Below are positions 49,935-64,000 of a stretch of DNA of 64,000 nucleotides, one piece after another. The DNA comes from Rotaria socialis. Its lineage: Eukaryota. A program made the translations under genes and the position numbers. Under the pieces are notes generated by a model. The model saw only the letters and a list, made by a program, of their open reading frames with translations, did not search any database and was not told the origin of the DNA. The stretch spans positions 67,345-131,344 of the forward strand of contig CAJNYD010000596.1 in NCBI GenBank assembly GCA_905331295.1. Reading direction: 5' to 3'. How positions within the stretch are numbered: position 1 is the first letter of the stretch; each line of letters begins with the position of its first letter.

Positions 49935-52900
49935 TTAATCATCGTTTAGCAATAAACAAACACCGTTGAGTATCCAATGTGAAATGTCTTTTTTTGAATA
50001 GAGATTAGCTTCAAATACTAAACCAGTGCCCATCGTATTTCTACGATTACTTGTGACATAAACTGGTGTGAGTAAATAATTTGCCATATTAGCTCGATAA
50101 GTTTCAATAGGTATTATCTTAATTAATGGCATCATTTGAATAAGTTGTTTATTTGATTGTTCAGTTAGACAATGATTTTCTATATCCCATCCGGCACCTT
50201 CTAAATATAAACCTTCAATTAAACAGATGCTTTGAAGAGATTCATCAACGGCATCTAAACTCTCAATGAATATATTTTATTATTCTTAGATTAATTGTTC
50301 AAACCTATATTTTGCCATTTGGTAACATGTGTATAAAATGTCACTTTATCTAGAGGCCATTGATTTTTACGTGCGGCTATTTGTATAATAGCAGCTAAAT
50401 ATGATTCGGGTACATGTAATCCACTTAGATTTATTATTTTGAGTTCACCTAAATCAATAAGACAACAAAAACAAACATTAAAAGTCTAAGATACGATGGA
50501 ATAATCATTTACCCGTCTGTATCCAATTTTCATACTGTTGATTTCTTCGTTGAAAGTGTTCCATCCAACTGCCAAGAGATTTCTTTGTTTCTGGTGCATA
50601 TGATCTCCACAATGACGGCAGTTGTCCATGATAGAGATATTTATTGATTTCTTCGAGTTGAATTGAAAAACTGATTTGACCATTTAAGGCCTGTTTTAAT
50701 TCGTTCAGTGATTTCCACATAATCGATGTAAGTAGATTAAATCGTTGGATTTCTTGCAGAAGAACGATCGTCAAGGGTGTTGATACTTGTTTGAATTTTT
50801 GTTTAATACTATTAGGATCCTTTTTTGGTGGAATTTGTTGAAGTATATCATCAATTAATGATAAAACAAATTCTGCACGTATAAAAATAAATGAAATCTT
50901 ACAATCTAACTTATCAAAAACTACTGGGTCCCAAGAGTTTACTATTATTATGAACCGAAAATCACACCCTGATAGCTATATCTAATATCAATGTTTTCTC
51001 CGGGATAGAAACATATTTTCAACGAGTGCCCTGTCATCAGAGAAAGTTCTGAACAATCTACCATCTCAAGAGAAAAAATATATTCTTTTTTTTTAGGAAA
51101 GGTTTCTGTATATGATATAATTCTTCTGATTACTTCTTAAGTTACAACATCAATATATCCGATGTTTAAAATACCTCGGCTACTTGATCAGTTTTCTTGC
51201 TGAAAACTGTCCGAGTAACTCCTCAGTAGACCACCTATTTGATATGAACGATCTTATGCAAGTCTTCTTCTCAACTCCTAATACCGAAAAAATGATCTTT
51301 CTTTGAATACGTATGATTCTGATTCTCTACCATTGACATACCGATGAAGTCTAGGATAATTTCGCTTAAACATGAGTTATATCGACGGGAAATAATTTTT
51401 TTTCTTACGTTCTCTACTTGAATTATCTTCAATATCATGTTGTTCTGGTTGAAGATCAAACATATTTGAATAAATTTCGTCAGCTACTTTAGTTAAATAG
51501 TTGATTTCTGCATTTGCGTGTAAACCAAGTACATCAGGTGGATTATAAAGAGGTAAGCGATCAACGTAGGCTAGATAAAGATCACGAAATATCGAATAAT
51601 GAAAGAATTGATTGAATAGAACATTTTTCGATAGAAATTGATAATCTAATTGCTGAGGTTCAATTGGATTTGCATCGACGTTGACATTACGTTGGAAAAG
51701 ACTTGAAATTTTATCAGGTAAAACATGTTCGAAATTATATTCAATTTGAGGTTCGATCTAAAAGACAGAGAAATAAATAAAATGAAAACAAATGATAACA
51801 TACTGTTATATTCGCTTCTTTTAGTAACCATCGTCGTTTAGCTGATAGAAAATCGCGTAATTCAGGAATAAAATAATCACATTTCAATGATTTATTTGTA
51901 TCATGGAAGAAGTGAAACGGTTGTAAATGATCAAAAACGAAATCTCCAAAATATTCTTTCATGTAAGTTCGAATTAAACGTTGATCATACGAATCAATCA
52001 CACGGCCGCCATAGATGACTATAATAAAAAATATTTTTTTTTTTATAAAGACTTGATTTCTGTCTGTTTCTACGGAAGATCAAACTTTATTCAAATCTTG
52101 ATCGCTAGAGAGCAAAAAACTGTTCTTGTTGTTATACGGAACCATTGCAATCGGTCAGTTTCATTATGTAGAAATCTTGCATGGTTATGACGTTATATAG
52201 TAAACTATTTACTACAGTTTACACTTCAGTGCTCGATTTGAATTTACCTTCTCCAATTAAATATCGTAATGTCGGCCATTGAATTGCAAGACTACCACGT
52301 TCTAAACTCATGTTTAAGTAAGCTTTTAAAATATCGACCGAAACATAAACTAAAAAAATATTGCATAGATTTCATTAGTTGATTAATCAAGAGGATTTAC
52401 AATCTGATTCATTGAAATCATAAATGCATGACCATCCGATTTTATCGTATTTTCTTCGATCAAGTATAATTGCATGAAAGAAAGCAAGAATAAATATCAT
52501 ACATGGATATGCCGGATGATCGGATTCAGTAAATGTTTGTAAATTTAAATTAACAAATGTCGAACGAAGATTTAATTTGATTGTCGAAGGAGGTTCTATG
52601 ACGACTTTGTAGGACTTTTGAAGAAGTCCGACTGACAAAAACAGATAATGATTATAATCTTAAATATCTAAGTAGCTTACTGGGAAATTTTTCAATTGGT
52701 TCTGTTGTCATCCAAAGACGAAAATCTGGCTAGAATAAAAAGAAATATATTACAATATACATGATTTGTCTATAACTATTCAAATAATTATTCTATATAA
52801 ACGAATTGTAGAATACCATCTTTCTTGTGAGGGTAGCGTTGTAGATACACCCCCCACCCCCTCAGGTATTTCTATAAGATTGATTCCCTGAAGGTAGAAA

Positions 52901-55900
52901 ATGATGGTCTCATGAATTTAGCATGTTTCTCCGATTGTCATTATGCGCAAACGATTCAGATTTGACACATGTCTAATAGTCAGATTTAGTATTTCTATTC
53001 TCTTCTATCTCTGTTACTGCGATTAATGTTATACAATTACGTGCGATTTAGTTGATAGTTCCAATTCCTTTTCTAATTCGTTCAAAAACGATAAAAGTAA
53101 ATGACAATTTTGAAGTAACAGCCACGTTCCTTGATGTTGAGCTGTATGCAATGCTTGTAAAGCAAGTTTTTCTTGGCCTTGACCCATGGCAAGTGTTCTT
53201 AAAGATTTGCGTTCATCATTTCCTGTTGTTCCATTTTCAATATTAATGTTATGAATTTGATTTTTTCTTTCTGCTAACTTTTGAATATCGTTTGTTGGAT
53301 CGGACCCCGGTGAAAGTATGAATACAATCGGTATTTGTGATGTTGATTGTTCAAATATAGAATCAAAATAAATAGTCGGTGGAGTAATATATTTTTCTCC
53401 CATGATTTTAGTAATATAATTATTTATTGCAAAAATAATTCTATTTTGACAAAAACATCTTAGTAACATTAATCGTTCAAAATCATTGAGTAATTCATTG
53501 TATAGATTAGGAAATGTATAGTTTTCTGGTTCGTCACATTCAATCCATTGTTTCCAATCATGATGGTATTTTTGAATGTGCATTGGTAAATTTTGAAAAT
53601 TTTCCGGAAATATTTTCGATAGATATAAACAATGATGCCAAGCATCATTTGTTAACCAATTAAATGCGGGCTTAGTTTTCATTGTTAAAGATCTATCTAA
53701 GGATAGGTTACCTTTGAGAAAAAAATCTATTTGATGATAATTAATTTTTTGTTCGTCTAATTCAATTTGTATAGTTATTAAAAATGAATATAGTAATTTA
53801 TGTTTTTCAAACATTCCCGTTGTACCATAACAATAAATTTGATAAGTCAACGTATTTATTATAGATTCTAAACGTCTGTTCAGTTTTAAATTTGTTTGAG
53901 AACTTTTTACGCTATATTCAAAAACCGATAGAAAAGAGTTTAATGAATATTGATACTAAAAAAAACGAAGAAAATAGATTAGCTTTGGCTGTGCAGTATA
54001 AATTTTGTCATCGAAAGAATCTACAGAAACCGAAAGATTTGTTTTTGAAAGCATAGCAAATTATTCTGGTTCTAAAGAACTTATTTCAGCTGTCAGGCGA
54101 GCAATGATGAGCTGTGACAAACCATTGAATTAATAATTGACATTTGAACTAATGAGAAGTAAAGTACAGCACCACGTCTAGCAGCTAATCGATATGTATC
54201 ACGTAATTTTTCAATATCTTGTCGAGTTCTTTCGCCTAAATTTAACGCTTGGGTAACTTCATTGACTTTTATTTTTGTATTTTCTAATGTTCCAATTAAT
54301 TCTGTATTATCAAGAATATTACTAAATTAAGCAACAACACAAAAATGAAGGCAACGCTTATTATTGAAGAAACGAACCCAGTGCTTGTTGTTAATTCTCT
54401 TAAAAGCGAATCTTCGAGCGATTTTTGTTGGTGTTGGTTTTCAAATATTTCCTGAATTAATGTTTCACGCATTTCTTCTAGTTCACGTCGTTCGATTTTA
54501 ACAAGAGACGATAACAATTGCTCTTCAAGACCTTTTAATGTTACTGTATAGTTGATTACTTTTGAATAAGAAAAATGTAACGTTGATAATATTGGATTTG
54601 ATAAACGACAAGTTAAATACATGCGAAAATTTCGATCAATATCAATATATTTATCACCTAATTTAACATATTGATGAGTGGTGTCGCCTTGTAGATTCTT
54701 TGATAAAATATCTAAGATGATTGGATCGATGTATTCATCAACATCTTTAAAAAGAACCGGATATCTAAAAGGTATATATATATATATATACACATTTTAT
54801 GATATTAGCGAAGATATAAAACTGTTGAATCTGTCCTTAGACAAAAGACTATGTTACAGGTTAGTTGACACTGTATTTTTTATCGTGACTTTAAAAGGTC
54901 GAATTTTGAAATGTCTGGATAAATATTTAGTTGAGAGTTTGACAAAGACAAGAGCTCTTTCAGTCTCTTCTATATGTAAGTGTCGTCTGTCAAACAAAAA
55001 CAATGACTAGATGAATGATGAGACTCTAGAACTTACCCATATTTAATAGCTAATTCGAAATGTTTCAAAAAATCTCGATCACGCATTGATAAAATTTTTA
55101 AATTTGCTTTTCTTTCTCGTTGTTGAATCCATAATAAACATTGTAATTGTGGATCAATACAATAGGGAAACCTATTTGTTTGCAAAGTCAATATACCATT
55201 TTGTATTGAAAATTCATCAGCTGGTAAACCTTGAGAATTCCATTCGGATATTTCGACATTCGTCGAAAGAAAAGTTTGTATTTGAAAATTTTTTGTTAAT
55301 AAAATCTTTTTCTCATCTAAATACTTTCTCCATTGGTTATTCAATAATTCTTGACGAATTTCATATGAAAATGAACTACAATAAGCAAGAAATGCACTTG
55401 CTAATAGGCAATTTCCAATTAATTCATTTTCATATTGTTTCATCGAACTAAGTTCTTCTTTCCACCGTGAAATTTCACTTTTAAAGCCACTTAAAAGTGT
55501 TTCGGCTGCTGTGCGGCGACGTAGTGCTATTTCGGTTTCCTGTTGAAATTTTAATTTATCTTCCATAGCTGTATCAAATCTTTTACGAAAATCATCCAAG
55601 ATATTCGTTAATTTTTCAATACTAATTTCCAGACGATTTAATTCCGATAGATTATTTTCATAATCATTTTGTATGGAAAATAAACGTTCTTTTTTCGGTT
55701 TTGTTTCACGATATTTATCCATATAATTATCAATAGCATGAATAAACTTTAATAAACTACCACCAACTCGGCTCACATTCGTCATTAATGTGACAAGTTT
55801 TATATCGCGTTCAGACTTTTCCAACATGGAATATAGATGATTTGGATCAAGTTTTTCTTCTAATTTTTTTAAATAGATTTTCAATTGTACGGCTTGCTTT

Positions 55901-58900
55901 GATGTGAATAAATCAGGATCACGAGTTTTTAAATTTGTTATAAATTTCATGTCAGCCATGACGGCTCGAACCTATTAGAAAATTAAGAAATTGATAATAA
56001 AAAAAGTAATAAGACTTACATCTTTCCAACTGATAGATGGATGGCCTAAGTAAATTAACATGCAATAACCAATTAATCGTAGTGCATCAACTGGATTAGC
56101 AAAACTACGCATTTCAGTGATATCTGTTGATTTAAGTGTATCGAGACCTTGCTGAGCGTCGAGTAATGCTGGCATAGTTTCGGCTAACTGTGATTCAGCT
56201 TCATGTTTCTCCTTTTCGATTGTAATTAATTGTTCATCAACTATTAGTTTTTTTTCTAATGCCTAAAATATAATCATATTTGTTTAACAATATATTAACG
56301 TATTCAAATTCTTATTAGTTCTCTTCGGAAGTCACCGACACCTTAGTTGGATGTTTCATGCTATTTTGGAAGGAAAAGAACTTAGCTGAATATGAAAATA
56401 TCATCGAGAGTTCTTCCTAGAAAACTCGTTCAGTACTCACTCGACTTTTACGTTCTGTTTGTTTCGCTGTTAAATCAGTTATTTCTGTTAGTAAATCATC
56501 GCATTTTTTTGTTTTTATTCCTACAATAGAAAAATGAATATAGTGATTTAATATTCAATTTTTTCGAGATAGTATTTTATGAAATAAAAAAAAATGGACA
56601 AATGAATACCAAACATCGTATCTACCTCATACTTACCAAGTTCTTTACGTTGTTTTCCTAATTTTTTATCCATTTCCTCTATAAGTATACTAGCTTCATC
56701 GATGCGAACAATTCCAACGTTTAATCGTTCGGCTTGTTTAGATAGGTCTTCTTTTTTTTGTTGATAAAGTTGAGTAAATGTATGTATAAAATCTAGATAA
56801 TTTTTCGGCGTTGCATAAGCGCTTCGTCGCATTTTTTCCACATAGAGATCACAATAGAAATTGGCTGATTCGTGAACCATACCCATATGTTCAATTATAT
56901 TATTTTTATATTCATCCGAAATTAATTTAAAATGCGATATAAAATGTTCCGCAACAGCATATCTTTGGACTCAATTTATATGAAAAGTCATATCAAACGA
57001 ATAAACTTACAGAGCTTGTTGTGGCCATCGATCAAAATAATCAATGGTCGTATTGTTGATTAACGCCGGAAAATTTCGAGCTCTGCATAGAAATCATATA
57101 AAAGACAATTACGCTCATTCATTCCTGTTACAAGCATGTTATTCGTTTTTGAAAAAAACTTTATCGATTAACTATCAGTGATGTAGCCCATCGGAAATGG
57201 TCAGCTGCTGGTTTCAGCTCGGGCATATTCTTCTTCCGTCAAACTTACCGATTTCGTAAAAAATTTCCACTTGGATTCATGCATAAAATAACATGTAAAT
57301 TCAATGTACATTTTGCAATAAAATAATGCCAAATATTTTCATTTATTGATTTTTTAACGTACTCCGTTGCTTCTGCACGTATTTCATTAATAATTCCGTC
57401 TCTTTCCTAAATCGATAAGAGTTAAAAACAAAATAAATTCTTCAATACTCTCGTTTACTTGTTCGGTAAATAAAGCAGGAACAATACCGTTTGATAAAAT
57501 ATTGTTGATATATTCAAGAAAACTTTCGTCAACAATTTGCGCATCATGGAGAATAAAAGCGGTTTTAACATTTTTTAATCCGGTTTGATAAAATAAATTT
57601 TTTAAATCTTCACGAAATAATATTTCATTATAGTTTCTTGTCAATTGTATTTCGAATATTTGACACTTAGCAGTAAATGCAGCAATTTTTGCGAGTAATT
57701 TTTTTCCTGAACCACCTGTCCCAATCAATAATAAATGTCCACGATCTAAACGTAGCACACGATAAATACGTGTTAAATGTTCAAGTGCATCATTAAATAA
57801 AACAATATTCATTTGTCCATATTGCTCTTTATATTCTAAAATAATTTCATCAAATAGAGATTTTATTGCGTGATAATCTTGTAGATCTTCATAAATTTTT
57901 GGTTCATCTTCTTTCAATACCGTACGATAATCACTGAAAAGAATCGGTTTACGAAATAAATAATTTCGATGAGGTTTTAATAGAGAATTATTATCAATAA
58001 TTGTTTCTAAAATTCTACTAAACAATTCGTGATCTTTTGCAGCATTGAAGCGATCAGAAAATACGCGAATACATTCATGTAACCAAACACGTGTAAATCT
58101 TTCAATCGTATCAAACCGTTCCGGTGTTGCTTGTAAAAGACTTTGAATGATACGACTGAGATCACGTAAAGAAAATATATAATAAAATTTTGCTGGTGTT
58201 GGAACAAAGGATCGGAGAATAGCGTCGTAGACTTGTAAAGTAAACTTTATTATATTTGGAATTAGTTCTTGAATTTCTATTGGAAATGTTGTTACATGAC
58301 TTTGTAATATTGTTGAGAATATACGAAAAAGAGATTCATACGATGGCGGTGAAATATAAAAAGTACTAAAATGGCTGACAAATCGTGGATCGATATTATT
58401 ATTACTTCCACCTATAAAAAAAAGAATAAATATTTAAACATGTTCATAGTCTAGCGAGGAAACCACAGTGATCTGATACCCCTCGTTTGAGCTTAGATTG
58501 CTTTTTGAATGTTCGACATATCGTAAAAAGAATGTTCTTTTCGACTAAAAATTTCCGGGTAGTCTACAGATTATTTGTCCTAACATGGAATGAAATTCAA
58601 TGGGTCGAATGGAATATGTTCGCGTAGTTTTCTCGTCCGAACTCTTTACCAGGTGTGCTCATTGCAGCAATCCAATCGATATCTGTAACGAATTTCCAAT
58701 TAAATTCTTCATTTCGTTGGTACATTCCATGTTTTTCAACAAGTAATTTAAGTAACGCAATAGCTTGTTGTGTTCCATATTGGTCGATTTTCGGCATAGA
58801 CATATCATCAAGAAATATGATTAATTTATTTCCAGCTGATGGGCCATAAGTATCTTTCGAACGTTTCTCTAGTTGAGTTTCGATAGACCGTTGAACGTCA

Positions 58901-61900
58901 ATTGATTTCGTACGCGACGAGAAATTTAAAATTAAATTTGTATACTGTGCATCAAAATGACGTATGCAAGATAGAATAGTTGCTGTTTTACTCGATCCAG
59001 TATCACCAACGAATAGAACAGGTTGATGAATGGATATCATCGATTTAATGAGCCATTCTAAATTTAAATTTAAATCACTTTTGCCTATAGACTGCGAATA
59101 TCTACTCTCGCTCGGTATGTTTTTATCATACCTAAACGAATCGTATCAACGGTTTGAACAAGTAATTCAGTAAATCGTTTTGACCGATCATGTTCGTAGC
59201 GCGGAATGAGATCCTTCCATTTAATCCATTGATCAATATCTGGTTGGAATATATAATCAAAGAGTAGAAGTTTTTCATCTGGTAATTGTCCTGATTTGGC
59301 TTTTGAACCTATAGGTGCATTTGAAAGGCCTGATAAATATCTAAGAAATGTATCGAAAAATATTCGATCATCTTGTTTAACGCAAGCACCAAATGACCAA
59401 ATTAATGTTTGAAGAAAAACAGCATGAATTTTATCTGAATCTAACTGTAAGTGATCCTTTTTCTCATGATGAAGCAACGGTAAAAATAATGAATCGAGTA
59501 GTTTTGTTAATTGTACAATAATATTAACTTGAGTTCTATGAATAAAATTATTCTCTCTATGTATTTGTGTGCGTTTTACTTACAATGGAACAATCATTTT
59601 CATTCGTGGTCTTCGTTCTGTTTCTGTTTGACCAAAATAAATAAAATTTAATAGATTTTTTGTATAGCGATGATAAAGTAAATCTAATTGATCTTTTTCA
59701 TTCGATCGATCGATTAAATTCGTATTCAACCAACGTTTCCATACGGGATCTGGGCCAAGATTTTCCGAATCCAGATAAACCATCCCGCAACGAGATACAG
59801 TTGCTGGTGATGCATATTTCAAATCTCCAACTTCGAACAACAACGAACAATAATCTTGTAAACGAATACGTTCACCATTAGCTAATGTTAATAGTTTATT
59901 ATCATCCATAACGGAATTCTAAAAATACAACAACACCAGTTCGTATTTATTATACCGATCGGTAAGAATACCATATTTTCAATCCAAAGTGCATCAACAT
60001 CGCCGTCAAGTACAATATAACGTCGTTCGTTACGTGCTGTCGGTCGATTTATCGTGCGATAGAGCACCGAAACAACTCCATCAGTCCATTCTCCTACAGA
60101 TGAAAACATGTGTTCACTGTATTCAAATAAAAAAATATTTATAAACATACGTGTTAATGGATCAAGTGTACCATATAATTCAGCAACACTTAATGCTTTA
60201 GGATTCAATATATATAGATGTGTTTTCATTCCCATTTGAGTCTGCGCTTCGGCTAAAGTATTTAACACGACCGTCTTCCCACCACTAGATTTTGTTTTTT
60301 TAATTTTAGTGATTAATTTTTCGTGACTCACCCTGTTGGTCCAACTAGCATCGTTGAATGACGGGTCATCATTGTCTCATACAATTGAATTATTTTCTGT
60401 ATTTGTTCAGGAACTAAAATATAATGTTGACGGATGAGTACATCGTTAATAATGTTATTTAGATTTTCATAGGATATTTCTGGACAATGAATATTCGGAA
60501 ATAGATCACTTAATAATGTAAGAAAGAGATGAGCATCTTCATAAATAAATTTTGGTATATTCGTATCACGTAGAGCTCTTAGTAGAACAATTTCTTCGAG
60601 ATCGTCTTTCATTGACGTTCGCTTTAAATAACCCGTCATGGATAAAACAGCTTTGAAACTTCTTAAACCCCAATCATAATGATACTAAAATATCCAAAAA
60701 CATAAAAGAAATTTTTTTTTCTATCTACTAAATTTTGCATACTTGTTTACTAAGTAATTCTGACGCATAACGATACAATGTTACCATCTTTTTTGCTAGA
60801 ATTTTTGCATGTATGAAACCATTAGCAAATAGTTTTATTTCTCCGATATATTGCATATCTGGAACGCTGAAAGAAAAGTTATATTAGAATCAAAACAAAT
60901 GCCGAACAGAGTCTCTTTAAAACTAAAATGTGGAACTCACATACATATTTTTGTTAGCTTCAATATTTATTTTCCCAACGCTACAACATCATTAATTCAT
61001 CTCATCAGAAAATAAGTGTTCGACCTCTGACTCCGAAAGTGTATGTGAGTTTCACCAATGAAAAAAAGATACTTACATGACAACAACAGGTCGAAACAAA
61101 GTTTTAACTGATTCAGGTAATTCTGTGCGACCAGCATAACCTGGATTCATTGTTACAAATATGCCAACAGTTGATAGAAGTTGAATTTGATTGTGTTCAA
61201 ATGAAAATTCTTTAAGATGCAATGATAATGCTTGTTGAATGCTTTTCACTTGAGTAGACACAACACTGAGTACCGATGCTTCGATACGATTAAACCTTTT
61301 TTTTTTTAAATTGAATAATGATGCGTTAGAAAACACGACTACATAAATAACTCACTCGTCAAAACATCCCCAAGCACCAGTCTGACATAAACCATTTAAA
61401 TTTTTACCTATTGATTGATAATCCATGCCTAGAATTCAAATGAAATCGAACTTTCATTCACAATGGTCAGCATCGTTTTCTTCGCGAGACGCGACTCCTA
61501 AAAAGATAGAAGAAAACGTTACCTTCGCCACAATTGGTAACAACACAAAGTAGACCCATAGCTTTAGCAAGATCTTTAATTGATTCTGTTTTCCCAGTAC
61601 CTGCTGGTCCAGCTATATGAAAATTCTGAATACTATGTTAAAATTCTATGTTTGACATCATTCGAACCTGGTGCGCAACCAAGAAACATTGACAAAGCCT
61701 AAAATTAGAGATACTTCAAGTTTGTTTTGAAATCTATTAGAAATTCTACAAACTTGCGTAACGGTCAGATAAATTCGATCAGTTAATGGTGTAATAACAA
61801 GACGACCGTTAAGACCCATGTATTCATAACCTATTTTTACAAAAACGAAACATAAAAAAAGACCCGATTTTGAAACTATCGATTTCTTTAACCATATTCA

Positions 61901-63871
61901 AATTTTCCATTGCATTGCTGTAGAAATAGATTATCTTCATTTGAAAACCAATAAAATCGCAGTTGAGATTGCCATGAACTAAATTTACTAGCTATAGAAT
62001 TTCGTGAGAATATTTGTTTAACTTACAAATCATGACGTTCATTAATACCATCACGTATTAAAATATCTACCATATCACGAGTATGAACATCGATGGTAAG
62101 AACTGTTTCAAATTTGTTATATTCATCTTAGAAAACAAGCGTTCCAGAATCAGATCCAGTCAAAGTTTTCCTTACTTGATTTTAAAAATTTTCTCATTTC
62201 TAAAACAATTTCTTCTATTTGAAAGTTAAGTTGTTTAACGTAATTTTTCATGGCTAAACGTTGATTTTGCCTGTTCATTTTATCGAATTGACTAAAAGTA
62301 CAAGGAACAATATAGCTCTCAGAGTCAAGGGGGGAAAGGCGGATTTTTGGGATTTTCAAAATCCCAAATCCGCCTTTTCCCCCTTGATCAGAGTTCTCAA
62401 ACAGCTGTGTGAACATAGTTCGAATTCGGAACCTTCCTATTTTAGTACTAAACATTTTTTTCTATAATAAATAAACATACTCTTCGATTTCCCATGTACT
62501 CCATAGTTGATTCACAGCTAAAACAACCATACCGATGTATTTTCTCATCCATTCTAATCTATTCTGTTTAAAACGATAATAAAAAATAGCTTCTTTAGTT
62601 AACCAACGGTTTGAATATTTCATTTCTTTTTCAATGTGTGACATCCATATTTCAACTTTTCCATTACATTCAATTGGATTCAAAAAAAACATTTCTTCAT
62701 TTTCTAATGAAATCATGGCTGTAGCATACATAGAATTTTCGTCACTACTATTTAAATGAACTAGTTCGTCATCTTGTTTATGTTTAAACGCTGATAATTT
62801 ATCATATTGAACAAAATATAGAGCCGCTATATTGTCAAACAATTTTTGTAAATATCCTTGAATATGATTTGGATCCAATGAGCCAATTATCGACAGAAGT
62901 TCATCATCGGACAGGAAATAGAATCGTGGAAATAATTGACGTTTCGTATTTAAATATTCATTTAAATTTTTTTGAATTTTTTCAATAAGTATTAAAATAG
63001 ACTTTAGTTCATCGTATCGGCCAGGATGTATACAAGCATCTTTAACGAATGAATTCCTCGATGTTTCTAAACGAAAAGACAAGATCTTCGACAAAACCAA
63101 GCAAATAAATTCAGATCAGAAAATACCCAACATTATTTTTCGATATAATTTATCAGCTGTATCAAATCGTTTCGCATCTTCACCAAATTGTAGATTGGAA
63201 CCAATGAATATATTTTCAAGATACATCCATTTTTGTTGTACAATAGTCCACAATTTAATTACATCAGAAATTAAGGATAAAATTTGAATCCATTGTTCAA
63301 CTTGTGAAAGATAAATACCAACGAAACGCGAAGTTACTATACCTTAAAAGAACGCAAGATATCGAATGAAACATTCGTTGGAGATTTCCAAATTACTGCT
63401 AAGAAGTAAAGTTGAATCTTCGAGTGCTTGAAGAATATCGTCAACACCGGTTATGATAAAGCCACGTTCTTGTTGAAAACTAGTGCCTGTTGTATGACGG
63501 TAATGTTTATGTATTTGAAAACGCATTGTGTCCCATTGCTGTTGAATATCATTAAGATTCTTTTCTATTTGCAATTCTTTAATAGCTGTTTGCAAAATGC
63601 CTAGATTAGAATTTGTCAAAAAACAAAACAATTCGGTTTTTATTTTTAAATCATATTAGTCTTTATTATCTCCTTTGTTTAAGAAAATTATCAATACTTT
63701 GAATTATATCGTGATATTGATGTAAATTCATTTGAAATATATTTTCCAATGTGAGAATGCTGTTTGCTAGGTCGATATCAATATTAGTCTCTTGAATAAT
63801 TTGTTGCCAATGACGTTCACGTAATGCTTCATTTTTCAAATCAACCATGATCGGAAGTGACGAACGAAAAT
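49935..63871 (-). CDS. DNAH10: Axonemal dynein heavy chain 10-like (inner-arm I1/f alpha); linker, AAA1-6, stalk and C-terminus; many exons; 5' part beyond the window
   Basis: [72 protein letters not shown] and MGQGQ motifs. C-terminus [23 protein letters not shown]...[15 protein letters not shown] is characteristic of DNAH10. Confidence 0.93.
60932..61056. mobile_element. Small inverted-repeat element in a dynein intron
   Basis: gtggaactcacataca versus tgtatgtgagtttcac. Confidence 0.45.
62326..62386. mobile_element. 61-bp minimal hAT-type element (CAAGGGG family) in a dynein intron
   Basis: caaggggggaaaggcggattt...aaatccgccttttcccccttg. TSD ctcagagt / atcagagt (7 of 8 match). Confidence 0.88.
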
Positions 63872-64000
63872 CTAGTGAAACAAAATAACCCTAACGAGGA
63901 TAGGTCACCAAGTGTTCAATCGCTTTCAAGTCAGAGCTATGTGTGTCATGTAGACCCCAGCGAGGTATGAAAAACTCCAAAAGGATACGAGCGGATAGGC

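Noticed and set aside
51176..51350. Extra dynein exon
   Set aside because: It introduces a stop. Direct splicing gives [15 protein letters not shown], which fits the family.

Overview
AT-rich eukaryotic DNA with short (~55-60 bp) GT-AG introns. Gene content and repeat types fit a bdelloid rotifer; this is an inference, not a database result. The window has two halves. 1-33.5 kb is accessory-like: many small DNA-transposon derivatives (several hAT-type with 8-bp TSDs, long palindromes, and a family built from TGTGGG/TGAGGG telomere-like repeats), several pseudogenes, and lineage-specific genes. These genes are an F-box/LRR-like gene, a type II membrane GP2/UMOD D8C-domain gene, a TMEM272-like gene, a divergent non-RD MAP2K-like kinase, a reconstructed 3-exon U-box/TM/beta-sandwich/NHL 'receptor-like E3 ligase', and an intronless vanadium haloperoxidase-like pseudogene. 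34.5-64 kb holds conserved metazoan genes: a 7-EC protocadherin with a long non-coding upstream region, a second F-box/LRR-like gene, and the 3' part of axonemal dynein DNAH10. Exon structures were built by eye. No rRNA, tRNA or CRISPR array was found.
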